Below the pieces are notes generated by a model that saw only the letters and a list, made by a program, of their open reading frames with translations, was not told where the DNA came from and did no database searches. This document shows, one piece after another, positions 37,921 through 48,330 of a DNA stretch of 64,000 nt. The stretch is from Chitinophagaceae bacterium (GTDB lineage Bacteria; Bacteroidota; Bacteroidia; Chitinophagales; Chitinophagaceae). The DNA lies in NCBI GenBank assembly GCA_947454715.1, contig CANGMZ010000002.1, positions 676 through 64,675 of the forward strand, written 5' to 3'. The translations under genes were made by a program, and so were the position numbers. Position 1 is the stretch's first letter. Every line of letters starts with the position of its first letter.

Positions 37921-38958
37921 TTGAATATCCAAGACAGACCACAAATTGTAGCACTCACATCTTCAAGAGCAATAGCTGCAGTATTAGTTGTGATTCATCA
38001 CTATGGGTGGAATGTTTATCCTTTTAATTTAGCACCAGTCTTTTTTCGTAATGGTAATCTTGCCGTGAGTTACTTTTTTGTGTTAAGTGGCTTTGTTTTG
38101 TACAATGCGCATGTTAATAAGTCACTTGATTATGGTGCTTATTTAAGAAAAAGAGCAGCAAGAATATTACCGTTATATTATGTGGGGTTATTACTTACGG
38201 TCGGCGTATTATGTTTGATACCTCCATTGCCGTTGAATATGCGCCAACAAGTTGTGTATGGTGCATTACTTATACAGTCATACATTCCCAGCTATCCGCT
38301 ATCACTCAATCTGCCAGCATGGTCCATTTCAGTGGAGTTATTTTTCTATCTGTTATTTCCTTTATTGCTCTTTTTAGAGCAGCGTAAGCGTAACTTGTTT
38401 TTGTTGATATGGTTTATGGCATTTATTGCTGCGCAGTATTTTCATTTAAAATATTACGAGCAAAGGCATGAACTGAGTGATGACATTGTTGACACAATAT
38501 TTTTTAATCCGGTCATTCATGTCAGTCAATTTATGACAGGAATGATAGGTGGATATCTATATGCAAGAATAGCTGATAAGAAAGAATGGCCAAGATATAT
38601 TCCTGTATTGATGAGTATTATTATTGGGGTAATAATCGTTTTTAAGCCGGGGTCCATGAGTTATCATACAGGGTTACTAGCTCCATTATTTTTACTGTTA
38701 ATTATCGCGCTTGCGAAATCAAAAACACCAATCCTCGACTTGCCGTTTTTTGTGTTTTTAGGGGAGATAAGTTATGGCGTTTACATTTTACAATATCCTG
38801 TTTACCGGGGATTAGAAATATTAAACGGGCGGTATTACACATTGAACCCGATAATGTTTTTTTATAGTTCTTTCCTTGTTTTAATGCTCACTACAATTGG
38901 TATGCATTACTTTGTGGATAGGCCACTTGGGAAATTGATAAGAGGGAAGAGTCAATGA
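37921..38958 (+). CDS. Acyltransferase-3 (OafA-like) membrane acyltransferase
   Basis: SRAIAAVLVVIHH, VSYFFVLSGF, RAARILPLY, WSISVELFFY, LGEISYGVYILQ. Confidence 0.92.
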   Translation: MNIQDRPQIVALTSSRAIAAVLVVIHHYGWNVYPFNLAPVFFRNGNLAVSYFFVLSGFVLYNAHVNKSLDYGAYLRKRAARILPLYYVGLLLTVGVLCLIPPLPLNMRQQVVYGALLIQSYIPSYPLSLNLPAWSISVELFFYLLFPLLLFLEQRKRNLFLLIWFMAFIAAQYFHLKYYEQRHELSDDIVDTIFFNPVIHVSQFMTGMIGGYLYARIADKKEWPRYIPVLMSIIIGVIIVFKPGSMSYHTGLLAPLFLLLIIALAKSKTPILDLPFFVFLGEISYGVYILQYPVYRGLEILNGRYYTLNPIMFFYSSFLVLMLTTIGMHYFVDRPLGKLIRGKSQ

Positions 38959-38982
38959 ATTCAGTAGATTAATATTATAACA

Positions 38983-39450
38983 ATGAACAACAACAATATA
39001 GAGATAGAACGTCGGTATATTATGAGAGCTAAGCCAACGGTGCAGCCGGAGGAAGAGTATGAGATATTTCAGAAGTATGCCAGCGATGGATGGCGCTACA
39101 GACAACAAGTATCGGGCACAAACGTACAGTATTTCAAGACCAGAAAAACTGTAGTGTCAAGTGGTGTAAATAATGAAGAAGAATACATTATTACACAAAG
39201 TGAATTTGACGGCAACTGTGGTGAAATAGTAAAGGGAATAAGCAAGACAAGATCTGTGTATCATGATGGTGGATTGAGATTTGAAGTAGATACTTTTAAG
39301 GATATACAATTAGTGATAATGGAGGTTGAATTGGATGATATTGTGCAAGCGTTTACTATGCCTGATTTCCTGAAAGAGCAGATGATTTATGAGATCACCG
39401 GGATACGAGAATTCAGTAATAGTTCGTTAGCTTCTATGAAGTATTTATAG
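38983..39450 (+). CDS. Short CYTH-domain protein
   Basis: IEIERRY (ExExK/R), ISKTR, FEVDTF, IMEVEL, EITG..FSNSSLA. Confidence 0.85.
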   Translation: MNNNNIEIERRYIMRAKPTVQPEEEYEIFQKYASDGWRYRQQVSGTNVQYFKTRKTVVSSGVNNEEEYIITQSEFDGNCGEIVKGISKTRSVYHDGGLRFEVDTFKDIQLVIMEVELDDIVQAFTMPDFLKEQMIYEITGIREFSNSSLASMKYL

Positions 39451-39817
39451 AGTATTGAAAAATACCATGTATTGTTAAAGGATTCACAAATAGCGTAAAT
39501 AGTTATGAGAATAATATAGCCTTTGTAATTTTACATCGTCAATTTAAATGACGTTTTTTATGAGTGTTATTACGCTCTACATATCAAAAGTGCCCTTCAC
39601 ATTCTCACCTCTGGTTTCTGCAAAGGTTTCAGATACAGTGATAAGTCTGCCTTTCCAAATAAAGGAAAATATGGTGAATCACAAAAAGATGATTCATCCT
39701 CCAAGTGTAGCATCATAGGGATTGTCCTTTTGTATTCCTGCTCGTTTAATTTAATTCCGCACAAGCGGTTCATTACCTTGTTTTTTCATTTTTATACACA
39801 TACTAAAATTTAAAACT

Positions 39818-41731
39818 ATGAGTTTCTTAGGATTTATGTCCGGTTATGGCTGGATCATTCTGTGCATCATTGCACTTATTTTGTACAAGATCATTCTTCG
39901 TGTATTCTTCGGTATGGTAATCATCCCAGAAAGCAGCATCGGTTTAGTGACGAAGAAATTTACACTAGGTGGAACTAGCAGAATGCCCGATGGTAGAATT
40001 ATTGCGACAAAGGGCGAAGCGGGTTTTCAGGCAAAGACATTGGCTCCCGGTTTGTATTGGTTTATGTGGCCTTGGCAGTATACTATTGAGTTGAGCGCAT
40101 TCACAGTTATACCTGAAGGTCATATAGGACTTGTGTTGGCTAAGGACGGTGCAGAGATACCAACCGGTCGTATTTTGAGCCGCAAGGTGGAATGCGATAA
40201 TTTTCAGGATGCCGAAAGCTTTCTTGAGAATGGTGGTCAGAGAGGTAGGCAGACTGCCTTTATCACTGCAGGTTCTTATCGTATCAATTCGTACTTGTTT
40301 GAGATAACAATGGTAGGGCAGACCGTTATCAGAGAGAGCATGGTGGGTATTGTTACAACACTTGATGGTGCACCGTTATCTCAGGGACAGATTGCCGGTA
40401 CTATGGTAGACGGGCATAATAACTTCCAGGATATTGATAGCTTCCTGAAGAATGGCGGATGTCGTGGTTTACAACCTCAAGTGATACTAGCAGGTTCTTA
40501 CTATATCAATACATGGGCAATACAGATAGAAGAGAGTTACATGACAGAAGTGCCAATTGGTCATGTAGGTGTTTGCATCAGTTATATTGGTGAAGACGGA
40601 GAAGATGTAACCGGAGCTGCTTTTAAACATGGTAACATTGTAAGCAAGGGACATAGAGGTGTATGGATGGAGCCACTTGGCCCCGGTAAATACCCCATCA
40701 ACCGTTATGCAATGAAGGTGGAATTAGTACCAACCACAAACCTGGTGCTTAACTGGGCCAATGCCCGCAGTGAGGCCCATGCATTAGATAAGAATTTATC
40801 CACCATTACAGTTCGTTCTAAAGATGGTTTCCCATTTAATTTGGACGTTGCACAGATCATACACGTACCTGCTAATGATGCACCAAAAGTAATTGCACGT
40901 TTCGGTAGTATGACTAATCTGGTATCGCAAGTATTGGAACCGACAATCGGTAACTATTTCCGTAACTCAGCACAAGACAGTGATGTAATATCATTCCTGA
41001 GTACACGTAAGGAAAGACAAGAATCTGCGAGAGCACATATCAGAGCGGTATTGGAAGAGTATAATGTGAATGCAGTAGATACACTTATTGGTGATATTGT
41101 ACCGCCTGAAGCATTGATGAAAACACTTACCGATCGTAAGATAGCGCAGGAAGAAGAAAAGACTTATGAAACACAGCGTATGGCTCAGGAAAGGAGACAG
41201 GGTATGGAAAAAGAAACTGCGATTGCAGATATGCAACGTGAGATTGTAAAAGCACAACAGAGTGTAGAAATTTCTCAGCGCACAGCAGATTCTGTAGTTA
41301 AAAAGGCAGAAGGTGATGCTGCAAGTCTGAAGTTACAAGTAAATGCAGAAGCTGAGGCTACAAGAATGCGTGCTACTGCAGAGGCAGAGGCTACTAAGCT
41401 GAGAGCAGGTGCTCAAGCTGAATCAACTAAATTAAATGCATCAGCAGAAGCGGAAAGAATATCAAAAACCGGTAATGCAGAAGCAGAGAAAATTCTGGCT
41501 ATTGGTAAGAGTACAGCAGAGGCTTATGAATTGCAGGTAAGCGCAATGGGTGGTGATAACTTTACCCGTTATAAGATCACAGAAGAAATTGGTGCTAAGA
41601 ACATTAAAGTGATACCAGATATTATTATTAGTGGAGGCAATGGTACTGATGGGTCTATGAATGGTCTTATGGGATTGAAGCTGATGGAGATGATGAGTGA
41701 AAAGAAGAAGGAGGAAGAAAGTAAAAGCTAA
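39818..41731 (+). CDS. Long SPFH/band-7 (flotillin-like) protein with four N-terminal repeats
   Basis: N-terminal TM; four repeats of V/E-I/V-P..IG.V...G.RG.Q...AG.Y; SPFH core TVRSKDGFPFNLDV; AEA-rich coiled coil. Confidence 0.88.
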   Translation: MSFLGFMSGYGWIILCIIALILYKIILRVFFGMVIIPESSIGLVTKKFTLGGTSRMPDGRIIATKGEAGFQAKTLAPGLYWFMWPWQYTIELSAFTVIPEGHIGLVLAKDGAEIPTGRILSRKVECDNFQDAESFLENGGQRGRQTAFITAGSYRINSYLFEITMVGQTVIRESMVGIVTTLDGAPLSQGQIAGTMVDGHNNFQDIDSFLKNGGCRGLQPQVILAGSYYINTWAIQIEESYMTEVPIGHVGVCISYIGEDGEDVTGAAFKHGNIVSKGHRGVWMEPLGPGKYPINRYAMKVELVPTTNLVLNWANARSEAHALDKNLSTITVRSKDGFPFNLDVAQIIHVPANDAPKVIARFGSMTNLVSQVLEPTIGNYFRNSAQDSDVISFLSTRKERQESARAHIRAVLEEYNVNAVDTLIGDIVPPEALMKTLTDRKIAQEEEKTYETQRMAQERRQGMEKETAIADMQREIVKAQQSVEISQRTADSVVKKAEGDAASLKLQVNAEAEATRMRATAEAEATKLRAGAQAESTKLNASAEAERISKTGNAEAEKILAIGKSTAEAYELQVSAMGGDNFTRYKITEEIGAKNIKVIPDIIISGGNGTDGSMNGLMGLKLMEMMSEKKKEEESKS

Positions 41732-41744
41732 GTATTGCTTACTG

Positions 41745-41782
41745 AAACAACGAAGCCGGCTATTATGCCGGCTTTGTTGTTT
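41745..41782 (+). terminator. Intrinsic terminator
   Basis: AAACAACGAAGCCGGC / GCCGGCTTTGTTGTTT. Confidence 0.7.
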
Positions 41783-41898
41783 ACAGACCGATAGATTTGT
41801 TAAAATTAACTGATAGGTTGCACCTGCATCATGTATCTGCCACAAGCAGATGGTTGTGTACTTAATTGAATTGTATATTTGATAAAACTAATCAACAG

Positions 41899-42822
41899 AT
41901 GTATAAAAGAGTATTTGTAATGGGGGCTATGCTTGGTGCAATGATATTCGTTGATGCTTGTAGCGTGGCCGGTCATAAGGGTACTAAAAAAATTGCGGGT
42001 GTTTGGGCCGTCGAACCGATAGTAATAGATGGTAGCAGCAATGACTGGCATACACCATATCCCAATTATGATGATAAGGCTATGCTTGGTTATGCTGTTA
42101 GTAATGACAGTGAGAACTTATACATAACTGTAGAGACAGGTGATGCCGCAACGCAGCTAAAAATATTAGAAGGTGGTTTAACAGTGTGGATTGATAAGTC
42201 GGGTACTGAAAAAGAGGTAACTGCAATTAACTATCCTATTCCTGCAGTTTATAAAGGTAAGCAACACAATGCGGATGGAACAGGTTATGCCAGAGCGCAT
42301 ATAGCAGATCAAGACCCGGGTGCCAACGTAGAAGTACAGAAACGATTGATAGAAATGCAGCAAAACGTGAAGAAAACGATAGAGGCTGCCGACGAATATT
42401 CATTACAGGGCTTTAAAGGGTGTAATTTGCAATTTCCTATTAAGGCTGAAAATTCATGTGGTATTGTTGTGCGCATGAGCATGGATCAGGATAATGAGTT
42501 GATCTGGGAAGCTAAAATTCCGTTTGGAGCATTTTATTTTAAGTCCAAAGTGGATAGGTCAGACATGCACAGGCAAATAAATATTTGCTTTGAAACAACA
42601 GGTTCTAAGAGACCGGCGGGGCAGACTGCAGGTAATGCAAGGGTAAGAGGAAGAGGTGGTTTCAGGCCGAGCATAGGCATAGGTGGAATGGGAATGGGTA
42701 TGTCATTTGGAAATGGCGGAGGAGGAAACCAAGGTAGCCCTTACGATCCCAATGCTAATCTTATGGAGTCTCTATATAAGAGTACGAAAACATGGACAAA
42801 GGTGGGGATAGCAATAAAATAG
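41899..42822 (+). CDS. Hypothetical lipoprotein with Gly-rich tail (DOMON/CBM9-like fold possible)
   Basis: FVDAC lipobox, IDGSSNDW..YAVSNDSENLYI..GLTVWID. TATATTTG at 41874-41881 supports the 41899 start. Confidence 0.7.
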   Translation: MYKRVFVMGAMLGAMIFVDACSVAGHKGTKKIAGVWAVEPIVIDGSSNDWHTPYPNYDDKAMLGYAVSNDSENLYITVETGDAATQLKILEGGLTVWIDKSGTEKEVTAINYPIPAVYKGKQHNADGTGYARAHIADQDPGANVEVQKRLIEMQQNVKKTIEAADEYSLQGFKGCNLQFPIKAENSCGIVVRMSMDQDNELIWEAKIPFGAFYFKSKVDRSDMHRQINICFETTGSKRPAGQTAGNARVRGRGGFRPSIGIGGMGMGMSFGNGGGGNQGSPYDPNANLMESLYKSTKTWTKVGIAIK

Positions 42823-42973
42823 CTTTGTCAGATAACTAATTGAGGAAGTTATAACCATTTTATGTATTGATTTCTAAGTAGTTGTATTTGTAATGCCAAC
42901 AGGAAATAAAAGCATAATTCTTAATGCTATTCTATGTTAGGAGAATGATTTAAATTGTATCAAAATTGAAAAT

Positions 42974-44146
42974 ATGCAGCAATTTGTTCGTGTGAGTTTA
43001 GTCGTATGTACTACTTTGTCTTTGGGTTCATGTTTCTTGGCAAAGAAATTACCGGCTAGATATAAAAGCTATGCAGTGCGCAATTACAGTGCTACCAAGG
43101 ATAGCATTAAATACTTTGTATCAGTTGTAGGCTCTGCTACAGATTTGTCTAATAAACCCAAGGAAACACCATCTGATCCTGCAAAGAATATTTTTTCATT
43201 GTCAGGTGAAGGACAAAAGCAGCTTATAGAAGCTATTGCAGATAACGAAGAATCAACAGATGATATTTACAATAAATTGGCGCAGGAGATAATACCTGCA
43301 CATAAGCCACATGTTGCTTCTAACCATACTAAATTTAATAAGCATCTTTCGTTTTCAATAGATAACCTTCACCTGAGTCCGGCAGATAGGATAATGAAAG
43401 TGAATATTTCATTGAGACCAACTGATGGTGGAGAAATGAAAGTTGTGTCTTGTAATAAATTGAGTGGAGATTACAGATTTAGTGGAGCACAAATTAAATC
43501 TAACCCAGGTGCTCAGCCTGTTTCACTTTCTTCAGTAATCACTGCTGATGGTTTGGATATAGAGGTTGTTGATAGAAGCGATAATGATCTTACCGGTAAT
43601 GTCACTGCCAATGTTGAATTTGATTACAAAGGCAGTATGAATGAGCATGTCGTTTATAGTTTTCATAATCTGTATAACAGAGAGAAAGCATTGGTAGCAC
43701 CAAGTGATATTACTATTAATTTTCAGAAAGTAAGTGTTCCTGCAACAGCCAAAGACATGACTTATACCTGCACTTATGAAGCTACAGTAAGGCATGTAGC
43801 CAGCGGAGATAAAACCATCAGTGAGGCAGACGATGAAGTGATAGTAGTGAAGGGAAAGGGTAGTGTCAATGACATGGTGGTTGTTTCAAAAGGGCAGTTG
43901 GGCGCTAAGTTGTGGAAGATCTCAGATGAAAGAAGTGATATTAACATTGCAGGTCCTTTATCTCAGGGGACACTCCTGTTTGATAACTATGAAGATGCAA
44001 AGAAGTTTATACTTTGGTTCAAGAAGTCGGCATCAAGCGTATTGGCCAATAGTAGAATGAGTGGTGGTGAATATCAAATATCAGTATCAGGTGATGGTAC
44101 ACTAACGGATAGCTTTATTAAGAATTGTACAATAAAGAAAATGTAA
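42974..44146 (+). CDS. Hypothetical lipoprotein
   Basis: 390-aa ORF with LSLGSC lipobox; no family recognised. Confidence 0.75.
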   Translation: MQQFVRVSLVVCTTLSLGSCFLAKKLPARYKSYAVRNYSATKDSIKYFVSVVGSATDLSNKPKETPSDPAKNIFSLSGEGQKQLIEAIADNEESTDDIYNKLAQEIIPAHKPHVASNHTKFNKHLSFSIDNLHLSPADRIMKVNISLRPTDGGEMKVVSCNKLSGDYRFSGAQIKSNPGAQPVSLSSVITADGLDIEVVDRSDNDLTGNVTANVEFDYKGSMNEHVVYSFHNLYNREKALVAPSDITINFQKVSVPATAKDMTYTCTYEATVRHVASGDKTISEADDEVIVVKGKGSVNDMVVVSKGQLGAKLWKISDERSDINIAGPLSQGTLLFDNYEDAKKFILWFKKSASSVLANSRMSGGEYQISVSGDGTLTDSFIKNCTIKKM

Positions 44147-44177
44147 GCACGATACCTAAAGTATGTTTGCTTTTATA

Positions 44178-44229
44178 AGATAAAAAGAGAATGGCTATCC
44201 AATACCGGATAGCCATTCTCTTTTTATCT
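44178..44229. terminator. Bidirectional terminator with 23-bp stem
   Basis: AGATAAAAAGAGAATGGCTATCC / GGATAGCCATTCTCTTTTTATCT. Confidence 0.8.
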
Positions 44230-44238
44230 TATAGATCA

Positions 44239-45606
44239 TTAGAATCTGAAAATTGCTGATAATATTATTCTGTTTTCGTCCTTTACAAGATCTGCAACAT
44301 AACCTGTAGGATTGCCTATTGGTGCGTTCCAGCCATTAGGTGATGTAACTCCGCCATGACCTGAGAAGTAAGGTACATTGGTGTGACGGGTAACAAATTC
44401 TGCACCGAATGTTACATATTCATTAGGCATGAATTGAACATTTGCAGATGCATCCCAACCTTCAAATTTATCGCCAGGGTTCTGTGTCATAACACCATTG
44501 CCGGCAGGTAACAATGCCAGATATCTACCCGGGTTATTGATGTAACCACCACCGCAAGTGAATGCAAATTGTTGTGATTTACCCAACCAGAAACGGTTAT
44601 AAGCCATAAGGCTTAGAAAGTTTTGAGCAGGTGTGGCAGCAGTACCATTAAAAGGGACAACACCGGCGCCATTTTCAAAGCCAAGATCTCCGGTAAGTGA
44701 GAATGCCGCTTTTGAAATGAACTTGTTAGTTGGTCTGTTCAGGTAACGTACAATAGCACTGTTATCTGTGTGGAAGCGGAGGCGGTCTGGAGTGTTAGGT
44801 GTATCCCAACCAAAATATGAGCTGTGTGTCAAAGACAATGAGGAATTAGGTCTCCATAATAACTGATAACCTAAGCCCGGCATTTCATTGAACATGCCAT
44901 AGCTCTGCCAGCCATTAATGGCCCATATTTCTATTTTCAACTTCTCTGTTGGGAACATTTGTAAACGAGCACCGGTGAAAAACCATGGCGTGTTGTCTGA
45001 TGTATAAGATGGTTGATAGTTCCAGTTTTCGAAATTGTTATAAGACAGTAAACCTACGTAAGATTTGAAGATGCCAAAGTCAAGATTGATGCCGTGCATC
45101 TTGTTGAAGTGCATACCCGCATATCCTTCAGTTACATAGCGCAATGCATTAGCCAGATCATATTGCCCTCTTAAAGTAGTATTGTCATTACGAGGAATGC
45201 CTGTTGCCCTTGTGCCGAATTGCAGCATAAGTTTAGCATGTGCTCCGCTTTTAGGGTCATGTACTTCTCCACCTGCTTCAACATAAGACAGATTAAATTC
45301 GTCTGATCTGAAAGTGGCAGTTGAGCCAGAAGTGCTATGATCTATAGGGTGATTGAAAGAGTAATTGTAATTACAGTCAATAGTAAGACCGCCAGTAAAG
45401 TATTTTGAATCAAGTAATGAACTGTGCTGTCTGTTCGTGCCTTGTACCCATGTGAAGTCGCCGAATGCAAACGGTTCAGCAGGTTTTGGTTTTAACGTTG
45501 CCTCTTCCATGCTGTCTGCAACTTGTGCCGATGCACTAAGGGAAGAACACTGCATTGATGCCAGCATCAGGGCAGCTACACTTAACTTCAAGTAGCTTTG
45601 CTTCAT
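44239..45606 (-). CDS. Outer-membrane beta-barrel porin (bbp2/OmpL-like)
   Basis: Signal peptide, YNYSFNHP, RYVTEGYAG, GIFKSYVG..NWNY, NGWQSY, C-terminal Phe. Confidence 0.82.
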   Translation of the reverse strand: MKQSYLKLSVAALMLASMQCSSLSASAQVADSMEEATLKPKPAEPFAFGDFTWVQGTNRQHSSLLDSKYFTGGLTIDCNYNYSFNHPIDHSTSGSTATFRSDEFNLSYVEAGGEVHDPKSGAHAKLMLQFGTRATGIPRNDNTTLRGQYDLANALRYVTEGYAGMHFNKMHGINLDFGIFKSYVGLLSYNNFENWNYQPSYTSDNTPWFFTGARLQMFPTEKLKIEIWAINGWQSYGMFNEMPGLGYQLLWRPNSSLSLTHSSYFGWDTPNTPDRLRFHTDNSAIVRYLNRPTNKFISKAAFSLTGDLGFENGAGVVPFNGTAATPAQNFLSLMAYNRFWLGKSQQFAFTCGGGYINNPGRYLALLPAGNGVMTQNPGDKFEGWDASANVQFMPNEYVTFGAEFVTRHTNVPYFSGHGGVTSPNGWNAPIGNPTGYVADLVKDENRIILSAIFRF

Positions 45607-45648
45607 TTTGTTGTTTTTTGAGTTTGAGATTGGTTAGCGAGTATAAAG

Positions 45649-47616
45649 TTAATGTGTATTTCTACAAAGTTCAATGTTCTGGATTGGTTGATAGATTAGT
45701 GGCACATGTTCTACAACCACGTCACTTTTATCTAATCCAAAAGCTTTTTCGTCACTCAAACTCATGTTTTTGAGCAGGAAATAGGAGTTAAGTAATAGGC
45801 CTTCTTTTACTGAGAACTCATTCTCAACAGAAAGGAATTTTTCAATAACTACAAATTTGAAGTCCGGTTCGGTATTGTATTTTGATGAGCCGTCATGACG
45901 TATATGAAGATTGAGTTCTTTATTCGCAATCAATTCCTTTACTATCTTTTTAAAGTATAGCTCAGTTTTAGGTTGAATTCGGAAACCTAGATTGATGTTT
46001 ACTTTAATCACCTTGTCATCAACTAATTCAGATACATCATAGCTCAGCGTGTATGGTTCTTCAGTTCTGTTGATATGCAGGAACCAATATACATCAGCAC
46101 GTTTTGGTTTTTTTGCGAAGATGGATTTGATGATCTTGTCTTCAATTTGTGTGCGACTATTGGCTTTTGTCAAATAGATAAGGTGTGTAGAAAATTTGGG
46201 AATGTCGTCATCCTCACTCATTTCAGTAAGTAACGGTGTGTATTTGCCGAGGTCCACAAATTTCACATGTCTGTTGTTGATTTTCCTTGCATAGTACCAC
46301 ACGTACATAGTCATAAATATGAACAGCTCAAAGAAAAGGAACATCCAACGTTCTTTTATTTTAGCTGCATTGGCTATGAAGAAGGATACTTCTATAACTG
46401 CAAATAACATGACTATCATACCTACAAATACCGGGTGCCATTTACGAATATAGAGTAGGTAGTAGCTAAGTAAAAATGTTGTCGTCAGCATAGCTACAGT
46501 AATAGAGAACCCGTATGCGGCTTCCATGTGAGATGAAGTGCGGAAATAGATAATCATTAATACACAACCTATCCATAGTATCATGTTTACACTTGGAATA
46601 TAAATTTGCCCTTTGACATCTGTAGGTTGACGCACAATAACTCTAGGCCAGAAGTTAAGGTTCATAGCTTCACTGATGAGCGTAAATGAGCCACTGATAA
46701 GTGCTTGAGATGCAATGATTGTAGCCGCAGTAGCAATGATGATACCCGGTAACAAGAACCAATGTGGCATCATTTCAAAGAAGGGGCTGCTGTCGCCAAT
46801 TGCGTGGCTTTGTTGGTGCATGATCCATGCGGCTTGTCCCAGATAGTTGGCTACAAGACTAATTTTTACAAATACCCATGTGATCCGTATGTTTTTTATG
46901 CCACAATGTCCCAAATCTGAGTATAATGCTTCTGCACCTGTCGTACAGAGAAATATAGCACCCAGGAGCCAGAATCCTTGTGGATAATGTACTAACAATT
47001 CATAGCCATAATGTGGGCTCAATGCTCTGAGTATTCCGGGGTCTCCTGCTATGTTTGTAACACCAAACACAAGCAGCATAGTGAACCAAACAGTCATGAT
47101 TGGTCCGAACGTCTTACCTATAAGTTGTGTGCCGAAGCGTTGAAAGAAGAATAGACCGGATAGTATAAATACAACAATGCCAATTGTGAGGTTATTGCCA
47201 GGCACTATGATATGCTCCAAGCCGCTTACTGAATTTAATCCTTCAATAGCAGAGGCTACAGATATAGGTGGGGTGATGATGCCATCTGCAAGTAGGGTAG
47301 TAGCACCTAGTATGGTAGGAATTACCAGATACTTACCATAACGTCTTACTAATGCATATAAGGAGAATACACCACCTTCACCTTGGTTATCGGCTCGTAG
47401 AGTTAGCCATATATACTTTACAGTGGTCTGAAATACCAATGTCCAGAAAATGCATGACACGCCGCCATACACGAGCATCTCTGTGATAGGTCTGTTACCT
47501 ATTACTGCCCGGAGTGCATAGAGTGGGCTTGTGCCAATATCTCCATAAATAATACCGAGGGCCACTAACAATGAGGCAGTACTCACCCTGTTCAAATTGT
47601 GACTATTTGATTTCAT
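45649..47616 (-). CDS. kup: KUP/HAK/KT potassium transporter
   Basis: LGIIYGDIGTSPLY, ADNQGEGG, LADGIITP, TGAEALYSDLGH, GQIYIP, AYG. Confidence 0.96.
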   Translation of the reverse strand: MKSNSHNLNRVSTASLLVALGIIYGDIGTSPLYALRAVIGNRPITEMLVYGGVSCIFWTLVFQTTVKYIWLTLRADNQGEGGVFSLYALVRRYGKYLVIPTILGATTLLADGIITPPISVASAIEGLNSVSGLEHIIVPGNNLTIGIVVFILSGLFFFQRFGTQLIGKTFGPIMTVWFTMLLVFGVTNIAGDPGILRALSPHYGYELLVHYPQGFWLLGAIFLCTTGAEALYSDLGHCGIKNIRITWVFVKISLVANYLGQAAWIMHQQSHAIGDSSPFFEMMPHWFLLPGIIIATAATIIASQALISGSFTLISEAMNLNFWPRVIVRQPTDVKGQIYIPSVNMILWIGCVLMIIYFRTSSHMEAAYGFSITVAMLTTTFLLSYYLLYIRKWHPVFVGMIVMLFAVIEVSFFIANAAKIKERWMFLFFELFIFMTMYVWYYARKINNRHVKFVDLGKYTPLLTEMSEDDDIPKFSTHLIYLTKANSRTQIEDKIIKSIFAKKPKRADVYWFLHINRTEEPYTLSYDVSELVDDKVIKVNINLGFRIQPKTELYFKKIVKELIANKELNLHIRHDGSSKYNTEPDFKFVVIEKFLSVENEFSVKEGLLLNSYFLLKNMSLSDEKAFGLDKSDVVVEHVPLIYQPIQNIELCRNTH

Positions 47617-47643
47617 TTTGTAAAATTGATATGTATGATTGTC

Positions 47644-48330
47644 TTATTCTGTGCTTACAAACCTGTACCCAATGCCTGATTCAGTAACAATGTGCTCCGG
47701 TCTATTAGGGTCATTTTCTATCTTTTTTCTTAGTTGTGCTATAAATACTCTCAGGTATTGCGATTGGTTAATATATCCCGGGCCCCATACTTCCCTAAGC
47801 AGGTAATGGTGTGTCAAAACTTTACCCTCATTCCTTGCAAAAAGTGCAAGCAATGTATATTCAGTACCAGTTAGTTTTATGACTGTGTTGTTCTTCTTTA
47901 CAGTTCTTAAAGAAAGATCTATCTGTAAATCATTGAATGAAACAATAGGTTCGTTATCTTCTGCAGTGCTGCTGCGAATTGCAGAGCGTATACGTGCCAA
48001 AAGTTCCCCTGTGCGGAATGGTTTTACTAAATAGTCATTAGCTCCATTATCCAAAGCTTTTATTATGTCTTCTTCACTACTTTGTACTGAGAGAATGATG
48101 ATAGGATTGGTATACCACTCCCTGAGTTGCTGCAATATGATATGACCACTTTCATCAGGTAAGCCAATGTCTAGTATGATTAGATCAGGAGGGTGGTTTG
48201 CGGCCATAATCTGACCTTCCTTGCCAGTTGATGCCTGTCTTACAATATAGTCGTTGCTTTGCAGGGTTATCTCCAACAGCTTGCGCATTTGCGCTTCATC
48301 GTCAATGATTAATATTCCCGGCTTATTCAT
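47644..48330 (-). CDS. kdpE: KdpE-type OmpR-family response regulator
   Basis: LDIGLPD, DNGANDYLVKPF, EVWGPGY..YLRVFIAQLRKKIE.DP.RP.HI.TESGIGYRF. Confidence 0.88.
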   Translation of the reverse strand: MNKPGILIIDDEAQMRKLLEITLQSNDYIVRQASTGKEGQIMAANHPPDLIILDIGLPDESGHIILQQLREWYTNPIIILSVQSSEEDIIKALDNGANDYLVKPFRTGELLARIRSAIRSSTAEDNEPIVSFNDLQIDLSLRTVKKNNTVIKLTGTEYTLLALFARNEGKVLTHHYLLREVWGPGYINQSQYLRVFIAQLRKKIENDPNRPEHIVTESGIGYRFVSTE

